NCBI GenBank assembly: GCA_048881705.1
Contig: JBHLSH010000011.1
Span: 1 to 64,000, forward strand
Direction: 5' to 3'
Source of the DNA: Candidatus Heimdallarchaeota archaeon
GTDB taxonomy: Archaea > Asgardarchaeota > Heimdallarchaeia > Hodarchaeales > Hodarchaeaceae
Length of the DNA stretch: 64,000 bases
Below, one piece after another: positions 8,628 to 17,297 of the stretch (position 1 is its first letter; the number at the start of each line of letters is the position of its first letter). The translations under genes and the position numbers were made by a program. The notes beneath the pieces were generated by a model, which saw nothing but the letters and a program-made list of their open reading frames with translations, had not been told where the DNA came from and made no database searches.

Positions 8628-9440
8628 ATGTCTACATGTGAAGAGACAATATGTACAGGCGCCTGCGAGGCATGTACAATTGCGATTTGTGCGGACGTTT
8701 TTTCTGGATGTCAATGCAATCAAGGCCCTCAGTGCAGTCCTAACTGTAATCCCCAATGCAGTGGATCATCCTGTCGCTGCGGATCTTCCAGTTCGGTCAT
8801 CCTGCCAGGAATACTTGGGATTATGGGATTCTTGCTAACGGGGATTTTTGGAATTGGAATCTTGAGCAGTTTTGGAGCGAAAAGTCCGTATGTTCTTACT
8901 GTTTTGGGCGCAGTCGGTCTCAGTTTTAGCCTTTCTGGAATTAGACTTGATAGAAATCCCTCTCAATGCCCTGATGCAGTTAAAACCCGTACAAGATGGC
9001 GAGGACTTGTGATTAACCATTCTCATCATCCCCCAGATCAACGTATAAGGGGACATGAAATTAGAATCGGGGAAAAGTACTTTTGTACTGGCTGCTATGG
9101 CATTCTAATAGGTACTGTTCTGGCCTTACTTATGGCGTTTTTTTATCTTGGAATTGGAATTGTCGATTGGATGTGGCCTCTAATCTTGGTTGGGGTTCCC
9201 GCAAGTTTTGTCCCAATAATATTACGTTACACAGTATACCAAGATGGGTCCTCAATATTTCGATTAATATCTAACATTCTTCTTCCAGTGGGTTGCTGCC
9301 TGATATTCGTAATTTTTGATGCTACCTCACAAGGATTAACCAATAATATCCTGTTAACCCTGGGCATAATGATTATCGCATTATTGCGAGCTTTTGCAGC
9401 TGCTCAATCTAATCGCAATCTAGGAACTGTGAAATCTTAA
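8628..9440 (+). CDS. Multi-pass membrane protein, DUF2085-like (His/CxxC core), with a 12-Cys N-terminal extension
   Basis: ATG 8628 follows AGAGGT (the track start at 8496 is probably too long). Core HSHHPPD...GHEIRIGEKYFCTGCYG followed by several TM segments. Confidence 0.7.
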   Translation: MSTCEETICTGACEACTIAICADVFSGCQCNQGPQCSPNCNPQCSGSSCRCGSSSSVILPGILGIMGFLLTGIFGIGILSSFGAKSPYVLTVLGAVGLSFSLSGIRLDRNPSQCPDAVKTRTRWRGLVINHSHHPPDQRIRGHEIRIGEKYFCTGCYGILIGTVLALLMAFFYLGIGIVDWMWPLILVGVPASFVPIILRYTVYQDGSSIFRLISNILLPVGCCLIFVIFDATSQGLTNNILLTLGIMIIALLRAFAAAQSNRNLGTVKS

Positions 9441-9649
9441 AAAAACAACGAATTGCCTTCTTTTTACCTTTATAGAATTTTTTCGTTTTTAGAAGACCGT
9501 CTCCTTGACTTAAGGGTCATTTCCCGGGTGATGGGACTATTTTATGGACAGAGAACCTTCGAGAGAGGTTTTAGTTACGATGTATTCACACAACACACAA
9601 AAAAACCACATTTGGCTGTGACCGCAATAGGTGAGTCGAGGCTAATTCA

Positions 9650-10879
9650 ATGAAACAGCTTATGAAGATTTTTAAAAACTTCAATTGGACAAAAGAACAG
9701 CAAGAAGAAAATCAAATGATCTTGGAGATGGTATACGATCTGGCAATGGGTGAAGTCTTCGAAAAAGACCAGGATTGGGATATGGAGGGGGCAAGGTTTG
9801 ATCCTGACACAAAAAAGGCTTCCTATCCTCCTGGAATGATGGATCTTTATCAGAAATGCCAAGAAAACGATGTTTTGAACGTAATCGTACCCGAAGAGTA
9901 CGATGGATTTGGTTTATCATATTCTCTCTGGTGTGCCATAATTGAACTAATGGCCAGAGCTTCCTTGTCGTTTTCGATGTTCTTTCCCAGTCAAGGCCTC
10001 GCGATTGAGATTATTAACAATTTTGCCACTAAAGAGGCCAAACTGAGCTATCTTCCACGTTTAGGAAGCGGGGACGTGATAGGGGCAATGGCATTTTCGG
10101 AACCCAATGCAGGGTCCGACATCTCCAGTGTAGCTACAAAAGCTGAGCGTGACGGAGACAACTATTATCTAACAGGAAACAAAATTTGGCTTTCTCATGG
10201 AGGAGCCGCAGGGCTCTACATTCTTCTGGCAGTAACTGATAAATCAAAGGGTCCCAAAGGGCTCTCTGCCTTTGTGTTAGATCCTAAAATCGCACAGGAT
10301 GGCTTTGAGGTAGTTCGAATTGAGGAAAAAATGGGGCTCCATGGCTCAATCACAGCTCAAATTGCCCTCGATCGAGCTGAAGTTCCTAAAGAAAACCTAC
10401 TCGGTCAGGAAAACCATGGATTAAGACTCGTGTTAGGGAGTCTTGCCTCAAGTCGGATAGGTATTGCTGCGCAGGCAACAGGTATAAGCGAGACCGCCTT
10501 ACAAGAAAGCATTAACTATGCCAACCAACGAGTCCAGTTCGGAAAACCAATAGGTCGCCATCAAGCCATATCTTTTATGCTAGCAGATATGGCCACAAAA
10601 GTTCATAATGCACGTCTTCTATACTTAAATACGGCACGAACAAAGGATAACGGAGAAGATACCCAAATTGAGTCTTCCTATGCGAAATATTACGCTACTG
10701 AAATTGCCCAAGACGTAACCTATAACGCGGTTCAGATCCACGGTGGATTTGGATATTCGAGAGAATACCGTGTAGAACGGTTGTTCCGCGATGCCCGTGT
10801 CCTTACAATTTATGAAGGAACGTCTGAGATGCAAAAAACAATCATTTCTCGTGGAACTCTTTCCCGGATTCAACAGTAA
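9650..10879 (+). CDS. Acyl-CoA dehydrogenase
   Basis: Motifs GAMAFSEPNAGSD, LTGNKIWLSHGG, EEKMGLHGS, RVQFGKPIGRHQAI, QIHGGFGYSREYRVERLFRDARVLTIYEGTSEMQK. Confidence 0.97.
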   Translation: MKQLMKIFKNFNWTKEQQEENQMILEMVYDLAMGEVFEKDQDWDMEGARFDPDTKKASYPPGMMDLYQKCQENDVLNVIVPEEYDGFGLSYSLWCAIIELMARASLSFSMFFPSQGLAIEIINNFATKEAKLSYLPRLGSGDVIGAMAFSEPNAGSDISSVATKAERDGDNYYLTGNKIWLSHGGAAGLYILLAVTDKSKGPKGLSAFVLDPKIAQDGFEVVRIEEKMGLHGSITAQIALDRAEVPKENLLGQENHGLRLVLGSLASSRIGIAAQATGISETALQESINYANQRVQFGKPIGRHQAISFMLADMATKVHNARLLYLNTARTKDNGEDTQIESSYAKYYATEIAQDVTYNAVQIHGGFGYSREYRVERLFRDARVLTIYEGTSEMQKTIISRGTLSRIQQ

Positions 10880-10910
10880 TCAAGATTAAATAAGCAAAAA
10901 TTGATTTGGA

Positions 10911-11717
10911 GTGATTCCTATGAATATACTCGTATTTGTTAAAGCTACTCTGTCTCGAACGGCAGAGCTCGACCCTGAAGAAATATTCCCTGGGGATATG
11001 GATGACTCGTCAGAGGTGCAAACTAATCCCTACGACAAGCATGCAATTGAAGCCGCTTTGCGACTCGTTGAGGAAAAAGGCGAAGGAAAGGTAACAGCAG
11101 TCTGCCTTGGATCTGATATGGCTGACAAGGTGGTGAAAGAAGCGATCGCTATGGGGTGCACTGAAGCCATACGAATTGAAAACAGTGATGCGGAAATCAC
11201 TAATTTCTTTTCAGTTGCAAAAATCCTAGCGGCCGCTGCCATGAAATTAGAATTCGATCTCCTTTTGTTTGGAATGCAATCTTACGATTACGGCACAGCA
11301 GCAGTAGGCCCAATGGTGGCCGAAATGCTACAACTCCCCTCCGCGACCTATTGTGAACAAGTAACAATTTCTGATGGAAAAGCCGCAGTTCGGAAGGTTA
11401 TTGAAGGAGGAACACGAGATGTTCAAGTCCAACTTCCTGCGGTTTTAACCATCGCAAGTACAGGAGATTACGAGGAACCGCGTTACACTCCTGTCCGTCG
11501 TATAATGCAAGCCAGTAGAACAAAGGTACCTGTTTGGGTAATCGGGGATCTGGACACTGGGGATTATAAACCAAGTGTCGAATTTGATGATATCGAACAA
11601 CCTCCAGCTAGGACAGATGCCTGTCAAGTTTTCAAAGATGCAGATGCAAGTGATCTTGTCAATCAACTGCTAGGTGCGCTGAAAACCAAAGGCCTTAACC
11701 TGGGAGCTTACAAATAA
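10911..11717 (+). CDS. etfB: Electron transfer flavoprotein beta subunit
   Basis: NPYDKHAIEAALRL, AIAMGCTEAIRI, FGMQSYDYGTAAVGPMVA, EPRY; lies between the ACAD and etfA genes. Confidence 0.93.
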   Translation: MIPMNILVFVKATLSRTAELDPEEIFPGDMDDSSEVQTNPYDKHAIEAALRLVEEKGEGKVTAVCLGSDMADKVVKEAIAMGCTEAIRIENSDAEITNFFSVAKILAAAAMKLEFDLLLFGMQSYDYGTAAVGPMVAEMLQLPSATYCEQVTISDGKAAVRKVIEGGTRDVQVQLPAVLTIASTGDYEEPRYTPVRRIMQASRTKVPVWVIGDLDTGDYKPSVEFDDIEQPPARTDACQVFKDADASDLVNQLLGALKTKGLNLGAYK

Positions 11718-11731
11718 CGGAGGTACGAATT

Positions 11732-12691
11732 ATGATACTCGTAATTATTGAAATTTCGCAGGGAAAGATTGTCGGATTATCAAAAGAATGCATTAGTGCC
11801 GGTAAGAAACTTAGCACAGACCTGGGAACCGAACTCCATGGGGTTATTTTGGGTCGGGGTATTGAGAGATTGGCTACCGAAGCCACTCAATATGGATTAA
11901 ACAAGGTCTACGCGGTTGATGACGAAACCATGGCAGGAACCAACATCCTATACCACGCTCGAACGCTGGAGGCATTGATAACACAACAAAATCCCCAAGT
12001 TGTCCTTGCGGGAGCCACGCTTTATGCACAGGAGCTGGTACCACGTCTAGCGGCGCGTTTTGGCAAGGCAATGTTTGCCTCCGTTGACCGATTAGCGGTT
12101 AGTGATGGAGAGTTCAAAGGAGTGCATCCTTTATTTGAGGAAAAGCTCCTTGCTACCATGGAGGCCGACACAGATCAGTTAACATTTGCGACCATTCTAA
12201 GTGGCAAGAATCCAGAAGTCGAATTGGATACTTCCTTATTAGGAGAAGTTATTGCATTCGCTCCCGTGGTTGAGGAAAGCGATAAGCGTGAAACGTTTGT
12301 TTCAGATACCATTGCCAAAGTTTCGGTTGACATTACCAAAGCGAAGCTTATTGTCTCAGGTGGTCGCGGTGTTGGCTCGAAGGAGAAATTTGACATAGTT
12401 TTTAACACGGCAAAGGCCTTGGGGGGCGAAGTAGGTGCAAGTCGTGCCGCAGTCGATGCAGATTGGGTTCCCTATGATCACGAGATCGGACAAACGGGAA
12501 AAACCGTGTCTCCCGACTTCTATATTGCCGCAGGTATATCTGGTGCCATTCAACATCTGGTCGGTATGCGAAATTCAAAAACAATCATTGTAGTCAACAC
12601 CGACGAAGAGGCCCCGATAATCGAAATCGCCCACTTTGCTCTAATCGCAGATCTTCACGAGGTTCTTCCTGAACTGATAAAACAGGTATAA
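11732..12691 (+). CDS. etfA: Electron transfer flavoprotein alpha subunit
   Basis: IVSGGRGVG, GASRAAVDADW, IGQTGKTVSPDFYIAAGISGAIQHLVGM, VNTDEEAPI. Confidence 0.97.
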   Translation: MILVIIEISQGKIVGLSKECISAGKKLSTDLGTELHGVILGRGIERLATEATQYGLNKVYAVDDETMAGTNILYHARTLEALITQQNPQVVLAGATLYAQELVPRLAARFGKAMFASVDRLAVSDGEFKGVHPLFEEKLLATMEADTDQLTFATILSGKNPEVELDTSLLGEVIAFAPVVEESDKRETFVSDTIAKVSVDITKAKLIVSGGRGVGSKEKFDIVFNTAKALGGEVGASRAAVDADWVPYDHEIGQTGKTVSPDFYIAAGISGAIQHLVGMRNSKTIIVVNTDEEAPIIEIAHFALIADLHEVLPELIKQV

Positions 12692-12699
12692 CCCTTCTC

Positions 12700-12731
12700 C
12701 TCTTTTTTTCTCTTCACTTTTCAAAAAAAAA
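12700..12731. terminator. Probable bidirectional archaeal oligo-T terminator between etfA and the convergent gene
   Basis: T7 run at 12703-12709 on the + strand and A9 run at 12723-12731 (T9 on the - strand) in the gap between convergent stops. Confidence 0.5.
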
Positions 12732-12749
12732 GAATGATTTCCCAGGTTT

Positions 12750-13448
12750 TTAAGCCCGAGGAATTGGCTCTGGAGTTTCAGCCCTGATACTTTTGATCAA
12801 ATTCGCCAGATTGGTAAAGGATATGGACGCAACCAATACACCGAGAATAATAGTGGCCAAGGCTATATAGTTTAAAAGATCACCCATACTGAAGAAAGTG
12901 ATGATAGTAGTTGCTAATTGTCCCGTAGTTCCAATTAAGATACCTACTTCCAGGAAATGTATTTTAGAGACATCTTCCATCTCGCCATAAAGTTTACCGA
13001 AAATTCCCATTGAAATAAACAGTGGAATGCAAATAAGGAGATTGAATGCTGCGTCACTAATAGCGAAATCAACATACATTAGGTTAAACATCTCATTCCC
13101 AGATAAAACTAAACCCATGAAGATATAAATCCCTGAAAACCAGGTCAAATTGCGATTTCTCCATGCATAGAATCCATTGACAATCATATAGGATGAATAT
13201 ACAAGACCTAAGGGAGCAAAGAGAAATATAACCGTTCCGAAATTTGATAACGGAGTGGGATCCCCTAAGGGGAGGATGTTTAGCTCATGGAGTTGAAGAA
13301 CTCCTGAAATAGCTGTATTGAATGCATAAAACGAGGTAGTTGTTGCAAACGCGATATTTGCAGGATTTTGCGATTTTCGTAACACAAGGAAGGTTAGAAA
13401 GGAAAATGATGCCGAGAGACCTGAGTAAAGGACTAGTAGTTCGAACAT
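12750..13448 (-). CDS. Hypothetical membrane protein with about seven TM helices and no soluble domain
   Basis: 232 aa; seven hydrophobic stretches counted by eye; short C-terminal tail. Confidence 0.75.
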   Translation of the reverse strand: MFELLVLYSGLSASFSFLTFLVLRKSQNPANIAFATTTSFYAFNTAISGVLQLHELNILPLGDPTPLSNFGTVIFLFAPLGLVYSSYMIVNGFYAWRNRNLTWFSGIYIFMGLVLSGNEMFNLMYVDFAISDAAFNLLICIPLFISMGIFGKLYGEMEDVSKIHFLEVGILIGTTGQLATTIITFFSMGDLLNYIALATIILGVLVASISFTNLANLIKSIRAETPEPIPRA

Positions 13449-13928
13449 GACTGATCACGGTTTACCTAGTTGAATTCAATATTTTAAATCGTATTTTTAC
13501 GAAAACAGAAAGGATTGAATGGCGGATGAATTCCTCATGGCGCTTTTTAAATCGAGATGCCAAAATAGAAGGAAAATCTAGGAACCTACTGGGACTGCAA
13601 TTATATCAAACAGACTGCATGCATGCGAGGGGTCAAATTGGATTGGGACTACCAGGTTAGGTAAGGCGACTCATCATATTCCTTCCGGAGGAAGAATAGC
13701 TCTTAGGCTTCAAGAAACGGAAAATGACCTCCGAAATCTTCTACAGAAATGGCCGATTTTTCTTCTCAATGGTATTCCTCCTTGTGATTGTATGATAATG
13801 ACAATAGATTCAAAAAAGAACCCAAACTTATTAACATGGGTGGCTTATAACTCCCTTATGTTGCTTCTGCATTAATCGGCCTCCTTAGCCAATTTTAATA
13901 TGGAACTCATTGTAAGAAGGTTAATTAA

Positions 13929-14003
13929 ATGATTGTTCTTACTTTTAAACTACTTCAGGAAGAGATTAATGAAGCTTTACGCGATGGTGATTTTAATGAT
14001 TGA
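13929..14003 (+). CDS. 24-aa upstream ORF duplicating the N-terminus of the next gene
   Basis: MIVLTFKLLQEEINEALRDGDFND*; its stop (TGA 14001-14003) lies just inside the downstream gene in ATGATTGA; 10 of 19 residues identical to MIEFLLTILQEDINEARRE. Confidence 0.4.
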   Translation: MIVLTFKLLQEEINEALRDGDFND

Positions 14004-16155
14004 GTTTCTTCTTACCATACTTCAGGAAGACATAAATGAAGCTCGTAGAGAGCTTTTCTGGCCTGGAAGGGGTGTTTCATATGCTGACCAAATCGGGTTC
14101 CTAATCTATTTCGGATCGGCCATAGTCGTGGTGCTGATACTTCTCGGGATCCTCCGCCATATGCGGGTTTGGTTTCATGGGAAATATGACCGGGAAGAGC
14201 AAGGATTTTTATCTTTCTTTGTGGGACTTATCAATAGGACGCTCAGAAACATCTTTTCCCGTTCGTTTCCGACTAGGCTATCGTACAGTTTAGGAGCGGG
14301 GATTAAAAACAGGCAATCCAAGAAGAGAAGGAGTTTTCTTGCTCATACTCTGATGATGTGGGGTTTCATAGGATCTGCGATTGCGACTACCATTTTAACC
14401 ATTCATGAGTACATATTTCACGAAGAACTTCTTGTGGGATGGCTATACCTGATCTATTCCTTTGGAGCCGATATGGCTGGAGTAATTCTTGTCGTAGGAA
14501 CAATTATGGCATTCACAAGGAGATATGTTACCGATCGCGATTATTATGTTGATACAGGATTTGAAGATATTTTCTTATTGGCGCTGCTGTTCTGGGTAGG
14601 TGTATCTGGCTTTCTTATGGAGGCTGCAAGGATCACATATGGTTTTGTAAACACCCCAGATCTAGTGAAGTATGAATTCTTTTCTGTCACAGGTTGGCTA
14701 ATTGCCCAATTACTTTTTGTCCTAGTGGCAGCTTCTAATGATCCGAACTTTCTGATCCTTGGTTTTCACCTAATAATATACCTAACGCACCTTGCAACTG
14801 TTTTTACTTTGCTGGTATATGTTGTACTCAGCAAATTCCTCCATATTGGAGTTGGTGTGGCTAACATCGCATTGAAGGATCTGGGCCAGCCCAGCGGTCA
14901 ACTGAGTTTCAGCGAGGAGGGGCTTTCAAAAATCGAAGATTTTTCCTTTTACCAACTTCTAGAATCTTCGGCATGCATGAAATGTCACTTCTGTCACAAT
15001 TACTGCCCAGCACAGGATACAGGTGAACCCCTTTCGCCAATGAGAGTGATTCAAGATGTGGTAGCATGGGGACAGAAACAATATACCTTGTTAGGATCCA
15101 AAAAGAACGTTCCAATGCTCGGCGATGTTCCAGACCAGTCAGGAATAACCAAGGACGTTCTTTGGGCGTGTGTGACCTGTTATGCTTGTGTGGAGGCTTG
15201 CCCCGTCCTGATTGGACACGTAGATATGATTGTAGGAATGCGGGCATCTCTACTGGAATCAGGTGATATACCAGCAACGTTCACAACGATGCTTGAGTCA
15301 GTCTATCAAAATGGCAATGTATGGAACCAACCCAAAAGAGAACGTACCGATTGGCTTAAAGAGGATAATCTCCCGAAAATCAAGAAATCTGAGTCCAAGC
15401 TGCTTTGGCTGCCGGGCGATACACTTGCTTATGACCCACGGAACCAAAAAGTGGCACGTGCGACATACGATATTTTTTCCAAAATCGACCTCGACTATGG
15501 AACATTTGGAGATGCAGAGAAGAATGATGGTAACGAAATTCGTCGTTTAGGTGAAGAAGCGCTGTTTCGGATGCTAGCGGAAGAAAATATCAAAATGTTT
15601 CAAAAAAGGGACGTTCAACGAATTGTTTGCTCATCGCCCCATGCCTATAATACCATCAAAAATGAATATCCGGCATTCGGAGGAGATTTCGATGTTGTCC
15701 ACATTACCCAGTTCCTTTGGGAACTAATCGAAGCCGGGAGGATTGAATTTACAAAAGAACTGAATTATGATGTTACCTTTCATGATCCTTGTTACCTCGG
15801 GAGGTACAATGGGGTCTTTGATGAACCACGGAAAATAATTGAAAGGCTGCCTGGAGTGGTTATTTGCAAAGAAATGCCGAATCACAGACAATTCTCATAT
15901 TGCTGTGGTGGCGGCGGGGGGGGAATGTTTCGAGAAACCCCGAAATGGGTAGAAACTCGGATTTCTGAGCGTCGGGTATTAGAAGCCAAAGAAACTTTCG
16001 ATTCTATGGAAGCAAGCGGTCGGAAGAAGATATTAATAACAGCGTGTCCTTTTTGTACTAGTATGTTGGTTGATGCCACCAAAACCAGGCAATTAGAAGA
16101 TGAAATTGAGGTAAAGGATTTAGTGGAATTAGTTAGTGAAGCCATGGGGCTTTAA
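13996..16155 (+). CDS. Membrane-bound Fe-S oxidoreductase (NarI-like TM domain + 2x[4Fe-4S] + two CCG domains; HdrD/GlpC/FadF-like)
   Basis: About five TM helices with His residues; CMKCHFCHNYCP and CVTCYACVEACP; CSSPHAYN, FHDPCYLGR, CCGGGGG, TACPFC. Start moved to ATG 13996. Confidence 0.92.
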   Translation: MIEFLLTILQEDINEARRELFWPGRGVSYADQIGFLIYFGSAIVVVLILLGILRHMRVWFHGKYDREEQGFLSFFVGLINRTLRNIFSRSFPTRLSYSLGAGIKNRQSKKRRSFLAHTLMMWGFIGSAIATTILTIHEYIFHEELLVGWLYLIYSFGADMAGVILVVGTIMAFTRRYVTDRDYYVDTGFEDIFLLALLFWVGVSGFLMEAARITYGFVNTPDLVKYEFFSVTGWLIAQLLFVLVAASNDPNFLILGFHLIIYLTHLATVFTLLVYVVLSKFLHIGVGVANIALKDLGQPSGQLSFSEEGLSKIEDFSFYQLLESSACMKCHFCHNYCPAQDTGEPLSPMRVIQDVVAWGQKQYTLLGSKKNVPMLGDVPDQSGITKDVLWACVTCYACVEACPVLIGHVDMIVGMRASLLESGDIPATFTTMLESVYQNGNVWNQPKRERTDWLKEDNLPKIKKSESKLLWLPGDTLAYDPRNQKVARATYDIFSKIDLDYGTFGDAEKNDGNEIRRLGEEALFRMLAEENIKMFQKRDVQRIVCSSPHAYNTIKNEYPAFGGDFDVVHITQFLWELIEAGRIEFTKELNYDVTFHDPCYLGRYNGVFDEPRKIIERLPGVVICKEMPNHRQFSYCCGGGGGGMFRETPKWVETRISERRVLEAKETFDSMEASGRKKILITACPFCTSMLVDATKTRQLEDEIEVKDLVELVSEAMGL

Positions 16156-16313
16156 GGTAACATGGAATGCCAGCGTTCGAACCCCACAAAGACACGTTCT
16201 ATAGATTTTTCGTGAGGTGGGTTCTTCTTGGATTCAGATACCAACAAAATTTATGAGCAAGCTCTTGAAATGAGCATTAATCTCGCACAAGTGTCACCAG
16301 AGTAAGGATTATA

Positions 16314-17276
16314 ATGGAAACAGAAGTCTTTTTTGTTGTTAATCCCACTGCAGCAGGAGGACGTGTTGGTAAGATTTGGACCAATCAGATTCACCCATTA
16401 CTTGAGGCTAATGGCATAGATTTTGACTTTAAAACTACCACAGATCAAGGAAATGCCATAAATGTTGCTCAGGAACGCGTGAATGAAGGTTACCGAATCA
16501 TATGCTCTGTGGGCGGCGACGGAACATCGAATGAAGTTTTAAACGGGGTATTAAAGGCCAAAAAACCAGGAATTTTTGCAGCGTTTCCCGTGGGGACTGG
16601 TAATGACATTCCTATTTCGTTTGGAATTCCTGACACTAATATCGAAGAAATGTATGATTGCTTGGTTTCAGGTCAAGACAAAGAGTTTGATGTGGGTTAT
16701 TGCGAAAAGGCTGACCGCTATTTTGGGGGGGTAGCATCTATGGGTTTTGATGCAGAAGTGGCAGCTCGTACACAGACCAAGAGACGATTATTTGGTCGAT
16801 GGAACTACGAACTTGCCCTCTTGAAAACCATCCTTAACTTCAGACCGTATAATATCAAAATCGAATATGATAACGAATCTGTTCTCGAGGGACAGAGAAT
16901 GATTGTTGCTATTGGCAATGGAAAAAGGTACGGTGCCGGTATGCATGTTTGTCCTAAAGCCAAGGTGACCGATGGCAAGTTTTTCGCGGTTACTCTTTCT
17001 AAGATCAGTCGTTTTACATTACTTCTTCGAGTTTTTCCCAAAATCTATGATGGCAAGCACATTGAGCACAAAAAGGTTCTTTCAATGGAAGGAAGCGTTT
17101 TCCGTGTGGAATCGCCGGATAAGGAATGTCTTTACCAAGCAGATGGAGAAATACTTGGGTATTTGCCCGAAACTTTCGTCACCAGACCGAATCTATTGAC
17201 TGTTCGTGTGCCTGATCCTTGGGTGTCGTATACGGAGATTTGGGAAAAAAAACTGGAAGCCAAAGGCAAGAAATGA
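16314..17276 (+). CDS. Diacylglycerol kinase catalytic-domain family lipid kinase (YegS/BmrU-like)
   Basis: VVNPTAAGG, SVGGDGTSNEVLNG, FPVGTGND, GFDAEV, GNGKRYGAGM, QADGE. Confidence 0.93.
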   Translation: METEVFFVVNPTAAGGRVGKIWTNQIHPLLEANGIDFDFKTTTDQGNAINVAQERVNEGYRIICSVGGDGTSNEVLNGVLKAKKPGIFAAFPVGTGNDIPISFGIPDTNIEEMYDCLVSGQDKEFDVGYCEKADRYFGGVASMGFDAEVAARTQTKRRLFGRWNYELALLKTILNFRPYNIKIEYDNESVLEGQRMIVAIGNGKRYGAGMHVCPKAKVTDGKFFAVTLSKISRFTLLLRVFPKIYDGKHIEHKKVLSMEGSVFRVESPDKECLYQADGEILGYLPETFVTRPNLLTVRVPDPWVSYTEIWEKKLEAKGKK

Positions 17277-17297
17277 ACTGTAGTTGAGGATAGAAAT

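Noticed and set aside
12750-13448. Seven-TM protein as a rhodopsin
   Set aside because: No Schiff-base Lys (DxxxK/SxxxK) in helix 7.
13450-13925. ~480-bp intergenic region as an ncRNA or small gene
   Set aside because: Only very short ORFs and no recognisable RNA motif; compatible with divergent/upstream promoter DNA.
14001-14040. Selenocysteine read-through of the uORF TGA
   Set aside because: Read-through reaches another TGA after 11 codons and does not join the main frame.
16170-16230. GTTCGAACCCC resembles a tRNA T-loop
   Set aside because: No D-arm, anticodon arm or acceptor stem can be built around it; kept only as a hairpin.
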